A stretch of DNA of 64,000 nucleotides, taken from Mytilus edulis (Eukaryota). Positions 38,476 through 50,620 of the stretch are shown here, one piece after another. The stretch is from assembly GCF_963676685.1 (NCBI RefSeq), contig NC_092355.1, positions 24,986,001 to 25,050,000 on the forward strand, in the 5' to 3' direction. The notes under the pieces are model-generated. The model was not told the origin of the DNA, did not search any database, and worked only from the letters and a program-made list of their open reading frames with translations. How positions within the stretch are numbered: the first letter of the stretch is position 1; the number at the start of each line of letters is the position of its first letter. A program made the position numbers and the translations under genes.

Positions 38476-40212
38476 CATTAACAAACTCCTCGCAACTGTT
38501 TTTGTTTATTCATAAGATGTTTATTGCTGTTATAATCTAAATTAAAAGAAGGGTTCACATTCCATATGTCATCACATTTATATAATTGTTCTTAAAAAAC
38601 ACGTTTTTTAACCACAAGACTTATTTTGTATGAACTTGTAACGTAAGACGTGGAAGACTAGATTTTTTTTTCTTCAATTTTTTCAATTTTCCGCTTTGTT
38701 TACACATGTTTTTTTTAACTCCAAGCACTTGATAATACACATGTGACTTTGTTTAACTCAGGAATTTGTTGTGTTTGGTCACGTGTGTCGTGTAATTCTG
38801 TCAATTTTCTTTATTACTATTGGTAACAAAATTAACATAATGTTAAAGCACGTTAAGATATCTAATCAATTTGTAGAGTTTTAGTAGAATATTTCATACA
38901 AAGTACATTGTTATAATTGTTTGCAGTTGTGACTACCGGAGACCTAGTGTGTTAATTTCAAGAAATCTAGCAATATAATATTTTTTTAGAGAAAAATGTA
39001 ATAGTTCTAGGAGGTCGCCCTTTTTATGCATTTTCCCTATATGAAGTGTGGACGAACACTGAACTTTGCAAACTTTTTTATGCATTTAAAATGTCCCTGT
39101 AATTGATTTAGTTCCCTAACAGATAAAAAAACGAATTCTAGAAGCAACACACATTTGTTACAGAATACTTTGTGATCCCCTTCTCATTTGTCAATAGCAT
39201 TTTTAGACGTTTTGTGTTTTAATGAAGTCGAATATTCTCCTCTGTATATGCTTTAGCTGGACGCCAGTATAATAGTTACTGAAAAAGTTATAATTGAACT
39301 GACTTTTTGATTTCTATCAAGTCTTTTATACAGAACTAGAAAATCGGATGAGTAGATATGTGTACAATGAAAATAGTAGTTGTCTTAAATTTAAACCTGA
39401 TTGATAGTTGCTTATAACATTTGTGTTGCAATGCAATATATAGACTTCTCAAAAAAAAAGTATTGATAAAGATATCAATACTTTAGTGTACTCAATGCGA
39501 AAGAAAGTTTTTAAAAAACACCAAAAACTCATGCTTGGGATTAAACAAAAGAATCATTATTAAACCGTTGCTAGGCACTATTTTTTTTTATTGAAATGTT
39601 GTTGATATATATGAACTTCAATGCAATTCATTTTATTTCTTACAGTTATTTGTTTTCATATGAAATCATTTTGTTTTTATTTACAATAAAATGATTGTGC
39701 TCACATTTCTTTTAAATTATCATTTTGTGTCTGTTGCTAAGCAATATTTGTGTTGCTATGGTCGATATCAACATCCATATAAAGAATAGTGATGACTGAT
39801 CGATCATATCAGTCTTAAAACCAGTTTAGATTTAAAATCTACAAATATTGCTATTTTTGTATATCCCAGAGGGAAAAACTAACCAAACTTTGAACTGTTG
39901 CTAGGCAACAATCTTGTTGCTAAGTTGTTGCTAAGCATTTTAATTTACTGAAATTTAACGTGAACATTCGTTCGTAACTTCAGGTTCCTATAAAGTGAAC
40001 AATAGCATTTAAAATTGAGATCATTTGTTTAGATAATACTGTCCATAAGAGATAATTTGGCTTTTTAATAAAACCGTTGCTAGGCAACCATCCCCTGACC
40101 AGAACATAAAAAAATCATTGTTTTATCAAGTTTCTATACAAAGGCTATCAATGATATGAATATAAGCTCATTTTGAGAGGGGGCCAAAAACACCCCTTAT
40201 CATACCTTGTCC

Positions 40213-42415
40213 TTTATGTATAAATGAACTAATCACTTGACTCATGCTACCAACTATTTTTTTCTCTCGATTTTTGGGGTATTTCCCGGTAAATAAAATT
40301 ACTGTTCGCATGCACTAGTTAATACTGATGAAAGTGGCATTAACGCTAAAAGTCGATAAAATCCATCATTGTTTATTTCAGACGATCATTGGTTTGTTAA
40401 ACAAGAATCTTTTAACTTGATTTGTTATTTCACCATAGGAATGTTTTGCATCACAAACTTGTTACTATAATTTTTGCATTATGTCTGTAATATTTGCCGC
40501 TTTGACGTTTACGCCACACTTGTTTTTAATGGACATTGTAAATAATCAAACATGCAGTTAAGGTGTTATTTCATATCTGATACAAGATGAAGAGAAGATA
40601 AAGGGACCTAAGAGGAAATGGAAGAAATGGTCTTATTAAAAAAAAATGATGTATTTGATCTTTCGTATTTCGGTTGTCTATAAATATAGTTCCTGACATT
40701 TGGATGAATGTCAACTATAAGAACTGTGTCTTTTAGGTGGGAAACCAATGGCTTAAAATGATAAGTTATGTATTTCTTTTATACGGAAGATAATCATCAT
40801 TTTTTAAACATAATGTTTTTTACAGATGCATTGTGAATTTCGGTGTCAGATTTGTATGGATGGCAAATCTTTCTATTTAACAAATGAAATAGAAAATCGT
40901 AGGTTAAAAATTAAATGCAACTTTTCCAATGTGTCTATTGACTCCATTTAAATATCTTAGCAGTTCAAATATGTTAACAGTCGAGTATATGTCAAGATGC
41001 TCTAGGGAATTGCAACCTTTTTCTTCATTTAGTAACTGTATACCTCAAATGAGTGAAGCCAAAACAAATTCTTCACCGGGAACTCCAGAGCTGAAACATG
41101 AAGACTTCAGTTTAGCAGGGATTTAAATCTAAGGCTAGTTTTTGGTCATTTTTGCACATAGGAACTTTACAGAAACAGTTAGTGTGAAACAGTTGTGCTT
41201 CACGGCGACATGTCTTCTTAACTACAGAATGATGCATTGAAATAGAGACTGCACGATACATTTACAGAATTTTTGAAATTCTTCGACAAATAAAATACCC
41301 TTTCATTTTAAAAATAAACATTCTATATCTAATGGTGTCGACCTAAAGTTGCAAGACAAGTTTACCTTAACTTTGAAAAGTTTAACTTAGTATAGAATTA
41401 TAAACAAAAGGTAAACTGTGGTGGACACAAGAACCTTAGAAAGCAGTTCCTACCTATATTGTTAAGTCCTTCCAACCTTTTAAAACAACTTTTTTAAGTC
41501 CTTTTTTTTTTCTTTAAAAAAATTTTAATTAGCGTTTTCATCATACTCAGGGATTAAAAGTATCTTTACTAAGAGGTATCGACGAAATCATTAAATTCCC
41601 TGAAACTGCTTCAATACCAGCGGCAACTATTACAGTCATAATGCACAAATTATAGCAACAAGTTTGTGATGCAAAACATTGCTCTAGTGAAATAACGATT
41701 CAAGTTAACACATTCTTGTTTACAAAACCAATGATCGGTGTAGAACACGTCTGAAATAAACAATGATGGATTTATTTAATGCCACTTTCATCTGTATTAA
41801 CTATTGCATGCGAACAGTATTTTTTATTAGCGATAAATACCCCAAAAATCGAGAAAAACATAAATATTTGGTAGCATGAGTCAAGTGAATAGTTCATTTA
41901 TACACATATTTTGTTGCTGGGATGTTGTCTCATTGAGGGAAACTCACATCTCTTTTTAACGTCGAACTTACACATGTCTTTTGGTTATTGGTATCGCTAG
42001 GGTGCGGCTTATTGACGTTTTCGCCACACTTGTTTTTGATAGACATTGTAAATTTTCAAACATACAGTTACGGTGATAATTCATATCTCATACAAGATGA
42101 AGAGAAGATAAAAGGACCTAAGAGATAAAAAGAAGAAACGATTTTATTTAAAACAAAAATGACCTGTTTGGTCGCTCGTATTTCGGTTGTCTATAAATAT
42201 AGTTCCTGTCATTTTGATGACTGTAAACTATAAGTACTGTGTCTTTTAGGTGGACATCAATGGCTAAAAATTATTAGTTATGCTATTTCTTTTATAGGGA
42301 AGATTATCATCATTTGTTAAACATTATGTTTTCTTCAGATGCACTGTGGATTTAATTGTAAGATTTGTATGGATGGCGAATCTGTCTATTTAACAAATAA
42401 AATAAAAAATTTCAG
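40213..42415. repeat. Local duplication with internal inversion (40213-40500 inverted vs 41620-41908; 40502-40900 direct vs 42013-42410)
   Basis: Direct sequence comparison of shared blocks. Confidence 0.85.
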
Positions 42416-45400
42416 TAAAAGCAGGTAAATTAGTCCATAGAAATAATATACAATTACTGTCTCTTGAAGAGGTAGATATGCAGTTTTATTAACTTTTGGA
42501 AAAAAAAACTGATATTCACTTAAACCGATACACCGCAGTGAATATCAGTTTCAGTTTTCCGAAAGTTTAGTAATGGGGGGTTCACACATTGCCAATTATT
42601 GCTATTGTTTGAGATCAGACAGCGATACGACACGAAAAGTGAAAAAGTCGGATTACTATCCTCAATTATCTGGAATGTCCTATTATTGTCTGAACGCAGT
42701 CGTTTAAGTTCGTAACAGATTCCCAAGGGTCGGGAAGGGTCCGGATAGTTCGGCAAAGCATCCCGACAGTTAGATGCGTCCTGTAACATTCGGGGAAACT
42801 CAGCCGATTTTGTCTAGCAAGATTACAATCGTGCCTATGTCGTAACAGATTCTGCTGTATCGGAACGATTTCCTAACAAGGTTCTGGGTATTCTGGACGG
42901 TGTCCTCTGGAACGAGACTGATCTGGAGAAATTTTTCATTGCTGTTTTTCTGCCGATTGAGCCCAGATGGCATCCAGATCTTGTCGATTGCGAACCGTTT
43001 TTGCAGAAACCGTTCCGAAACAGTTCCGTTATTATTTAGGGGTAGTCTTGTGTGCTGACAAGCATGTTTGAACACACCACATGCATTTTGTGCAAATCAG
43101 GACCCGTAGTTAAATGATTGTCGTTTGTTGCTGTCATATTTGATTTTAGTTTATTGTTTAAGGGTATGCCATAATAAGGATTAATTATCTATGAAAATGT
43201 TAACTAACCCTACGGTTAAGCATTTGAAAGTCAAAGTTGTTATCATCTCGTCATATGATCGCTGGAGGATAATTGTCTCATTGGCAATCATAAAGAAAAT
43301 TTGCGCCAAATTTTTGTCGTGTTAATGAACGGCAATATGTTGACAATTTTGCAAGTATTCTGGCATCAAAGTTAATCTTAAAAATGAAAAGCGTATTTGA
43401 ATTCACAATTGAATGGTCCACATATAGGCTCATCTACCTGTAAAAGATATAATCATTATCTTGTTACTAAATTTGTAAAATGATGTATCCTAAAAGTGTG
43501 TGTTATCTTAACAGTAACATAAATTATATTGTAAACATGTAGCTATAACGAATTTAAATGAGCGAATGAAAAATTCAGAGTGTCAACTAACCATAAGTTT
43601 TCAACTAAATTATAAAACTTAACAGTACTTTGATTCCACATGTTCCATAAAACCCATGTGCCAAAAAAAAATATATTGTTCGGATGTATGTTTATATTAT
43701 TTCATAAAGGGGACATTCCCTTGATAAAGAGCGTTACGGATACGCAGCTAGAATGCGTCACTTTGTTTTGCTTTAAAACATACTTTGATTTCATTTCAAG
43801 ATTAAGATGGAATTAAATGAAAATATCATTATCCTTGACTTCACAGATTTTACTTAATAAATACTGCTGGACCCATAACTTCATAATAAGAACAATAATG
43901 TATGATGGTATTTTAAATGCAATTCTTCTCATCAGAAGACTTACTGAATTGAAATTACTGTATTATAAGAGAGATTTAACACATTCAATTATATGTCCTA
44001 AATATGAATCGCAGAATCTATCCGTACTAATCATGTTATTATTTAAAGTATTGTAATATCACAAATTATAAGGATGTTACCTTAGTTCCCTCTAATTGCT
44101 GAATGATATTTCATAGTTATGTATAAAATAGTGAGATGTGCAATGATAAAAAGACGTTGATATTAGTAGTTTATAGGGTACCGTACATTCCTCTATAGTA
44201 AACAAAATCAATACTGTGAAGTCAGACATAGAAGGCCCGGGGATGTCAAAATGTAAATATATCCGAACGAAAAAACAAACGGCCTGATTTATCATGTTTA
44301 TGAAAATAGCTATAAACGGAAAACGGATATTACAGACTATCCATGGATGTAAGTACCTCTTCATGACAATGATTAAGTAGAGATTGTTCTCAACATTGAT
44401 GTTTTGTTTCAAAACTAAATATATGTAAGTCTTTCTAAAGAAAATATCTTTTATCATGCAATTTTTAACCGCAAATGGATTTGGTTATTTCATGTTATGT
44501 GCCCCCTTTCAGTCAAATAGCTCACATATCAGTCAAGTAGTTATGCAGTGACATTGTTTTTTAGGTTTATGAACTTCTGATCAAGGTAATCGAGAAAAGA
44601 GACTCGGGCAAATACAATTTGGAGTGTTATTTTCATTAACTATCAAAAAAAAAAAAATATTTTTTAAGTATTAATATACGAAAAAATATTGTGCGCATAA
44701 AGCCCCAATTACTATTCTAGGTACAGTCCCTGTCTAAAAATAAATAAAAAAACCAACTGAAAATGAGCTTTCAATACATTGACAAAACTAAACATAAAAA
44801 GGTGGCTTTGAAAGGTAGAAAATAACCACAGTTACTGTAAACTATGTTTAATTAATTTATATATATATGTATGCTTTTTAACTGTTGTATTGACCGCTTG
44901 TAAACGTCAGTGAATGTCATACATTTAGTGTTTTCATGTATATATATATTCTTATCATATATAAAAATATAAAGATGTGGTATGATTGCCAATAATGCAA
45001 CCCTCCACCAGATACTAAAATGACATAGAAGTTAACAACTATATGTCACCGTACAACATTCAGCAATTAGCAAAACTCATACCACGAAGTCATCTATAAA
45101 AGGCCCCGAAATGACAAACGTAAAACAAATGTGAAAACTAATGGCTTGATTTATATACAAAACAATGAACGAAAACAAATATGATATACAACAAAAAACG
45201 ACAATTACTGATTTACAAGTATAATACATAAAGTGGCGAGTTTTAAAAATTTTGCAGGCGTCCAACCTTCCCCCTTACCTGGTACAATGGTGTAACAGTA
45301 CAACATAGGAGCAAACTATAAAAAATCAATTGAAAAGGTGTTAACTCAAATCGATGCAAAGCAGAAAAACAAGTAGCACATAACATAGACCGGACGTTTT

Positions 45401-46507
45401 AGGATATTTATACATCTCTACAATAACAAAAAATATCTCAATTAGCACATATCTAACATCCAATTGATTTAGTGTAAAGACATCATTAACAGAAAAACAA
45501 CATGACCTTGTGCAATACCAAAATACAGGTATAGACAGATTGTTGAAACTTGACTGAGAATTTGTATATCACAATAATATTAGTTTGGTTTTAATTTACT
45601 GATAAGAGAATCAATATAATGTTGTTTGTTGTTATGTTTTTTTGGTTTTTTTTTATGTTTTGTTGTGTTTTGTTGTATTTTATTTTTGTCTTTATTTTTG
45701 AGATTGCTTTTCCTTAATTTTTCTTTGATTTCGAATATGAAACGGCCTAGCCCTGAAGCTTGTTTTATTTCCAACGATTAAACTTATATGTAATGAGTCT
45801 TGATTTATCTTGGAATCTCGAATGGATTGAGGAGTAACTTTCACACATTGTTGTTAATATAATTGAATTCTATGCGATTGTCATGCAAACTAGAGGTTTA
45901 GCTAACAATAAAACCAGGTTTGATCCACCATTTTCTATATAAGGAAATACCAAGTCAGGAAAATGATACTTGTTTTCCATTATTTTTTATGTGTTTGAGC
46001 TTTTGATTATGCCATTTGGCTCTCATTTTTGTTCTTCTTCCTTTGATTTGACATTTTAATCGATTTTTTGTGGACTGTTACACTAATGTTGAATGAAATA
46101 ATGCGTCAATGCAACAAAACCAAATGACATTTAAAAGCAACTGAAATCTTCAGCAGGTGTTAAAGCTTTTTATAGATTTTATCTAAGCTCTAAATTGTCT
46201 TGAGTAAAGAAAAGTGTCCACGACGATCTGTCATTATCACCAACTTATCCAGCAGATCTAAGTATATATAACATTTAACTATTTTTGCGGAGTAGGATCG
46301 GCTTGACCTTCCGAAGCACATGAGATCACCCAAGTTTTTAGAACCTCGGGCTTTGGTATTTAAAGGTGGTATTTTTAAACTGGTGTTTGGTGTTTGATCG
46401 TTTTGCTTTTTTGCCATTGCATTGTCAGTTTGTTTTCGACTTTTGAGTTTAACTGTACCTTTGATATTTTCCACTCTGTTTTACATATCTGCATTTCATC
46501 TTATATG

Positions 46508-48549
46508 AAAAAGAAGATGTGGTATGATTGCCAATGAGACAACTATCCACAAAAGACCAAAATGACACAGACATTAACAACTATAGGTCACTGTACGGCC
46601 TTCAACAATGAGCAAAGACCGTACCGCATAGTCAGCAATAAAAGGCCCCGATGAGACAATGTAAAACAATTCAAACGAGAAAACGAACGGCCTTATTTAT
46701 GTACAAAAATTGAACGAAAAACAAATAAGTAACACATAAACAAACGACAACCACTGAATTACAGGCTCCTGACTTGGGACAGGCACATACATAAATAATG
46801 TGGCGGGGTTAAACATGTTAGCGGGATCCCAACCCTCCCCCTAACCTGGGACAGTGGTATAACAGTAAAACATAAGAACGAACTATAAAAATCAGTTGAA
46901 AAAGGCTTAACTCATCAGATGGACAAAAATTCAAGTGGACGTGGCCCGGTACTTATACATCCCGACACAAAAAGACACAATGAACAGATCTGAGAGTACT
47001 CGCAGTTATCTGACAGCTAATTCAAAGCCACTAAAAACTACTAAAAAAATCATGCATCTAAGACTAAACTATCAATCCGTACACATCCAACATCCAATAT
47101 ATTTAGTTTAAAGACGTCATAAAAAGCCAGAGAAAAACATGACCTTGTGCAATGCCAAGTTACAGGTATCGACAGATTGTAGATCCATGGATATGTATAT
47201 GCATATAACATACTAGTAACATTTACTTAGCTTTTAATTTACTGATAACAAAATCAATATTTATACCAATAAAAACAATATTCAATTATTTTATTGCAGT
47301 GTTGAATAGGTAAACTTTTAGAATAAGTTTATTTAAAGGAGCGACAAGTTTACATGGATCATTTCTAAATTTCCGGATACGGTAAACAACATTTCCGTAA
47401 AAATGAGGATGTGCTATCCCGTTTGAAATAAGTTTTCTACAGGTACAACCAAACTTCAAAACCAAATCTTTATATCTATGGAAAAATTTAGTAAAGGTTT
47501 TAAGTAATTTATGGTAACGATATCCCTAGTTTAATAATTTACAAGTAATACATAGGTTGAGTTCGTTAAAATGAAAAACGTTACAACAGACATGGGCATA
47601 GCAAACTATGTGTTCAAGTTAGATGTGATATATAAACACCGTAAGATGGTGCCAAAGAAACATCACCATCTAAAAATGGAAAATTAACAATAGGGAACGA
47701 AAAATCATCTCTTTTGTCGTAAATTTTAGTGTGGAGTTTCCCGTTTTAAACCGAAATGTCTAAATCCAGGAAAGGACAGTTATTACCGAATAAATTTGAT
47801 TTATTTAAAATAAGTTCCTTGGGGTAAATTTCAGCAGTATATTGAGAAAAGTCTTGATTATTTAAAGAAAAAATATCATCAAGATAACGGTAAGTGTTGT
47901 TGAATTTATCAATTAAATGCAATTTCGACGAATCTTTACTGAGTTTAGTCATGAACTGTGATTCATAACAGTACAAAAACAAGTCTGCTATTAAAGGGGC
48001 ACAATTAGTGCCCATGGGGATATCTAAAACCTGTCGATAAACTTTGTTGCCGAAATGTACATAAATATTATCAAGGAGAAAATTAACAGCTTCAATCATC
48101 TCATCACACCTCCAGTAAGTATATCTAGCATATTTACCTTTCTCATTAGAGAAGAAGGCTTTACATGAGTTGCAGCAAATATATCTACATTCAGCTTTAC
48201 CAAACGACCATTTAATTAAATAGGAAAACTTTTGTTTAATAAGATAGTGTGGAAGTGTAGTGGAAAGAGTAGAAAAATCATAACTATTAACAGAATCAAA
48301 AGGACCATCAAAAGCACGTAATTTATCTAAAACATCCAAAGAATTGTTTACACTCCAAAAATGGTTTATACCACTATGTTCATATATTTTATTACAATAG
48401 TTTATGATAAGCTCTTTAATAGTAGTTAATGAACTAGTTAAGTGCACTGAAAGATTAGTTGTAGAACACTTACTAGAGGCCGAGATGAAACGATATTTAA
48501 ATGGTTTTTTGTGTCGTTTAGGTAGCCAATACATAGTAGGGACCTTCAA
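46508..48549 (-). mobile_element. 5-prime-truncated, decayed Penelope-like retroelement (Naiad-type RT, no C-terminal endonuclease) with 3-prime UTR
   Basis: RT ORF followed by stop/frameshifted IYDKRDDFSFPIVNFPFLDG..YGVYIS; terminal ~450 bp reiterated elsewhere in the window. Confidence 0.85.
47746..48549 (-). pseudogene. Penelope-like reverse transcriptase fragment (267 aa open segment)
   Basis: YWLPKRHK, YDFSTLSTTLPH, IPMGTNCAPLIADLFLY, YRYLDDIF, PFLDL motifs; premature stop at 47746. Confidence 0.9.
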
Positions 48550-48883
48550 ATGTTCAGAAGAATATATACTTTTATCATTTCATAAACTGCAGCCTCATAA
48601 TAACCAACCATAGGGGAAGTATTTATATGTAGCCCTTTTAGAGTTTATTTTATGTGGCAATAACGTCTACATAACAAACATAATAAATATCAACAGTCTT
48701 TTTCATTGAAACTTTTGAAACGATTTATGTAGGATTCACTAGTTTACAAAGATAATTGCTGTTTTTACATGTTATAGATCATCGAAACAGGTCTGGGCTA
48801 AGCTATACATTTTGGTCTTTTTTTTATATCAATTCTTCAAAGTCTTCATCAGGTGTTGGACTTTCAAATATTGTCACTTCGAT

Positions 48884-48925
48884 AATTACTGAAGAGATAT
48901 TGATTGTCGAAATGGGCGTCTGGTA
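48884..48925 (+). ncRNA. Minimal hammerhead ribozyme motif
   Basis: TTA-CTGAAGA-GAT-attgatt-GTC-GAAA-TGGGCG-TC-TGGT; core intact, stems weakened. Confidence 0.6.
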
Positions 48926-50129
48926 AAGTAACATTTGTACAGCCAATCATAACTAACACATACCAACATAGATAAGGAAATGCAAGAGAAAACCCATTAT
49001 TACAGACATATCATCATCTGAACGAATGTCTGATACAGGTTTTACCGCTTAGACCTGTATAACATGCATCAATCGGTCGTTGATTTTTAATTAAATTTTT
49101 CATATTTGAATATTTAAATATTCAAAAATGTCCGTTTTTAGAGTTGTCAATTATAATTCGTTAAATTTTCAATTGATGAAACTTTTCCCTGTGAATTTTG
49201 TTACCGTTATTTTTAATTTAAACGCCTTTAAATATCTTTTAGTTTAGTTTATTTGTGTAACTATTAAGATTTTCATAAATTTCTGACGTGTTTTTGAAAT
49301 TGGAGTTGGTCTCGCTCTGTCGGCAGCATTTGGCTTTATAGTATACACCATTGCCAAGGTACTTAAAATCGATAATATTGGAATATTTTCAATGCTTCTT
49401 TCTTCACCGTCCTTACTTTGTGAAGGTACAATTGCCAGGTGGTACAACATTACACCAGCTTAAAATAACTGTATTCCACTTGCTGTATGAGACTGGAATT
49501 CTATTCAAACATGTCAAAACTGAGAAATTTCGAATAAATGTTTCCTTTTTGTTTTCTAGTACAAGTGCGTCCGGCGCGCTTTTCTTGACTAATCAGGAAC
49601 GTTCAAACGAAAATAGTTTAAAGATAACGATATATAAGCCTAAAACAAGTAACGAGGTTTATGGCTAATACTAGTATGCTGTTATTTGAATTATCTGTAT
49701 TTATCTAGTAATTTCTCAACTCGATGAGCATGTGAATATATTTTATCAAATGAATGATATAATGAATGAACATTTACTGCTCATACATTTTTGAATTTAT
49801 CGAAACACTTATGCTATTTAATTCACTATGTTGTTATCAAATTCGCTAGAGAGAGACAGCAGTTTGAATTTCGTTAATTCATGGACTTAAATCAAAACAA
49901 AACAAGACGAATTACGTCGACAGGATAAGCATTAAGGAATGCAACACATTCGGTAAACACACATATCGGACTGATTTTAGTGCATTTCATGATCTTGGAC
50001 AGTTTACACATTTGTCTTGCTAGTTGAGACAAAAACACTGTATATCGGTCAATCAATTAGAGATGACCTTTTTAGTGTCGTTTTATATCGTTCTTCTACA
50101 TATCAGGATTACTACCTTGAAGGAAAAAA

Positions 50130-50620
50130 TGGGGCAAAAGATACCAAAGGGACATTCAAACTCATAAATCGAAAATAAACTGACAACGCCATGGCTAAAA
50201 AAAGAAAATCAAACAAACAAACAATAGTAAACAAAACACAACATAGAAAACTAAAGACTAAGCAACACGAACCCCACCAAAAAACTGGGGGTGATCTCAT
50301 GTGCTCCGGAAGGGTTAGTAGATCCTGCTCCACATGTGGCACCCGTCGTATTTCTCATTTTAGTAATAACTCGATTTTAAGTCTAATTTTGTAGGTCACA
50401 TTTGTGAAAAGGGAAAGGTATTGTAGTTACGACATTAGGAACATACCCGCTACTATCTGTGAAACGGATCTTCCATAAGGGTCAACCAACTTGTGATGGC
50501 GTCCGTAAAATTTACGTAGGGATGATTTGGACTTCTCCATTTGGAACTCTTGGTTTAATAGCTTACTTGTGAGCAGTTACCCTCTATCAAGGAAATCATG
50601 ATAGGAAATACAAGCCCGGA
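50130..50620 (-). mobile_element. 3-prime end of a second Penelope-like family (RT C-terminus + UTR)
   Basis: Minus strand reads RACISYHDFLDRG*LLTSKLLNQEF..SLRKFYGRHH; terminal AAAGATACCAAAGGGACA block recurs at ~11510, 13480-13540 (x3), 20470, 46290-46470; related segments at 31290-31470 and 52545-52820. Confidence 0.8.

Larger units (their letters stand above)
31692..40212 (+). mobile_element. 8.5-kb autonomous-type TIR DNA transposon of the PIF/Harbinger-ISL2EU-Spy (PHIS) group, no TSD
   Basis: TIRs GGACAAGGTATGATAAGAGGCATATTTGGCCCCC / GGGGGCCAAAAACACCCCTTATCATACCTTGTCC; flanks AAA|TTT; encloses the DDE transposase; empty paralogous site at ~41891-41924. Confidence 0.9.

Noticed and set aside
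40915-41130. Macro-domain-like fragment on the minus strand (FSSGVPG..SLEHLDIY)
   Set aside because: Weak resemblance, in-frame stop, no supporting neighbouring exons
42510-43080. GC-richer segment with two ORFs
   Set aside because: No domain similarity; probably a transposon remnant, but I could not define both termini
49244-49668. Exon-like ORFs, one minus-strand frame ending IYENL
   Set aside because: No consistent splice sites or open frame linking them to a gene
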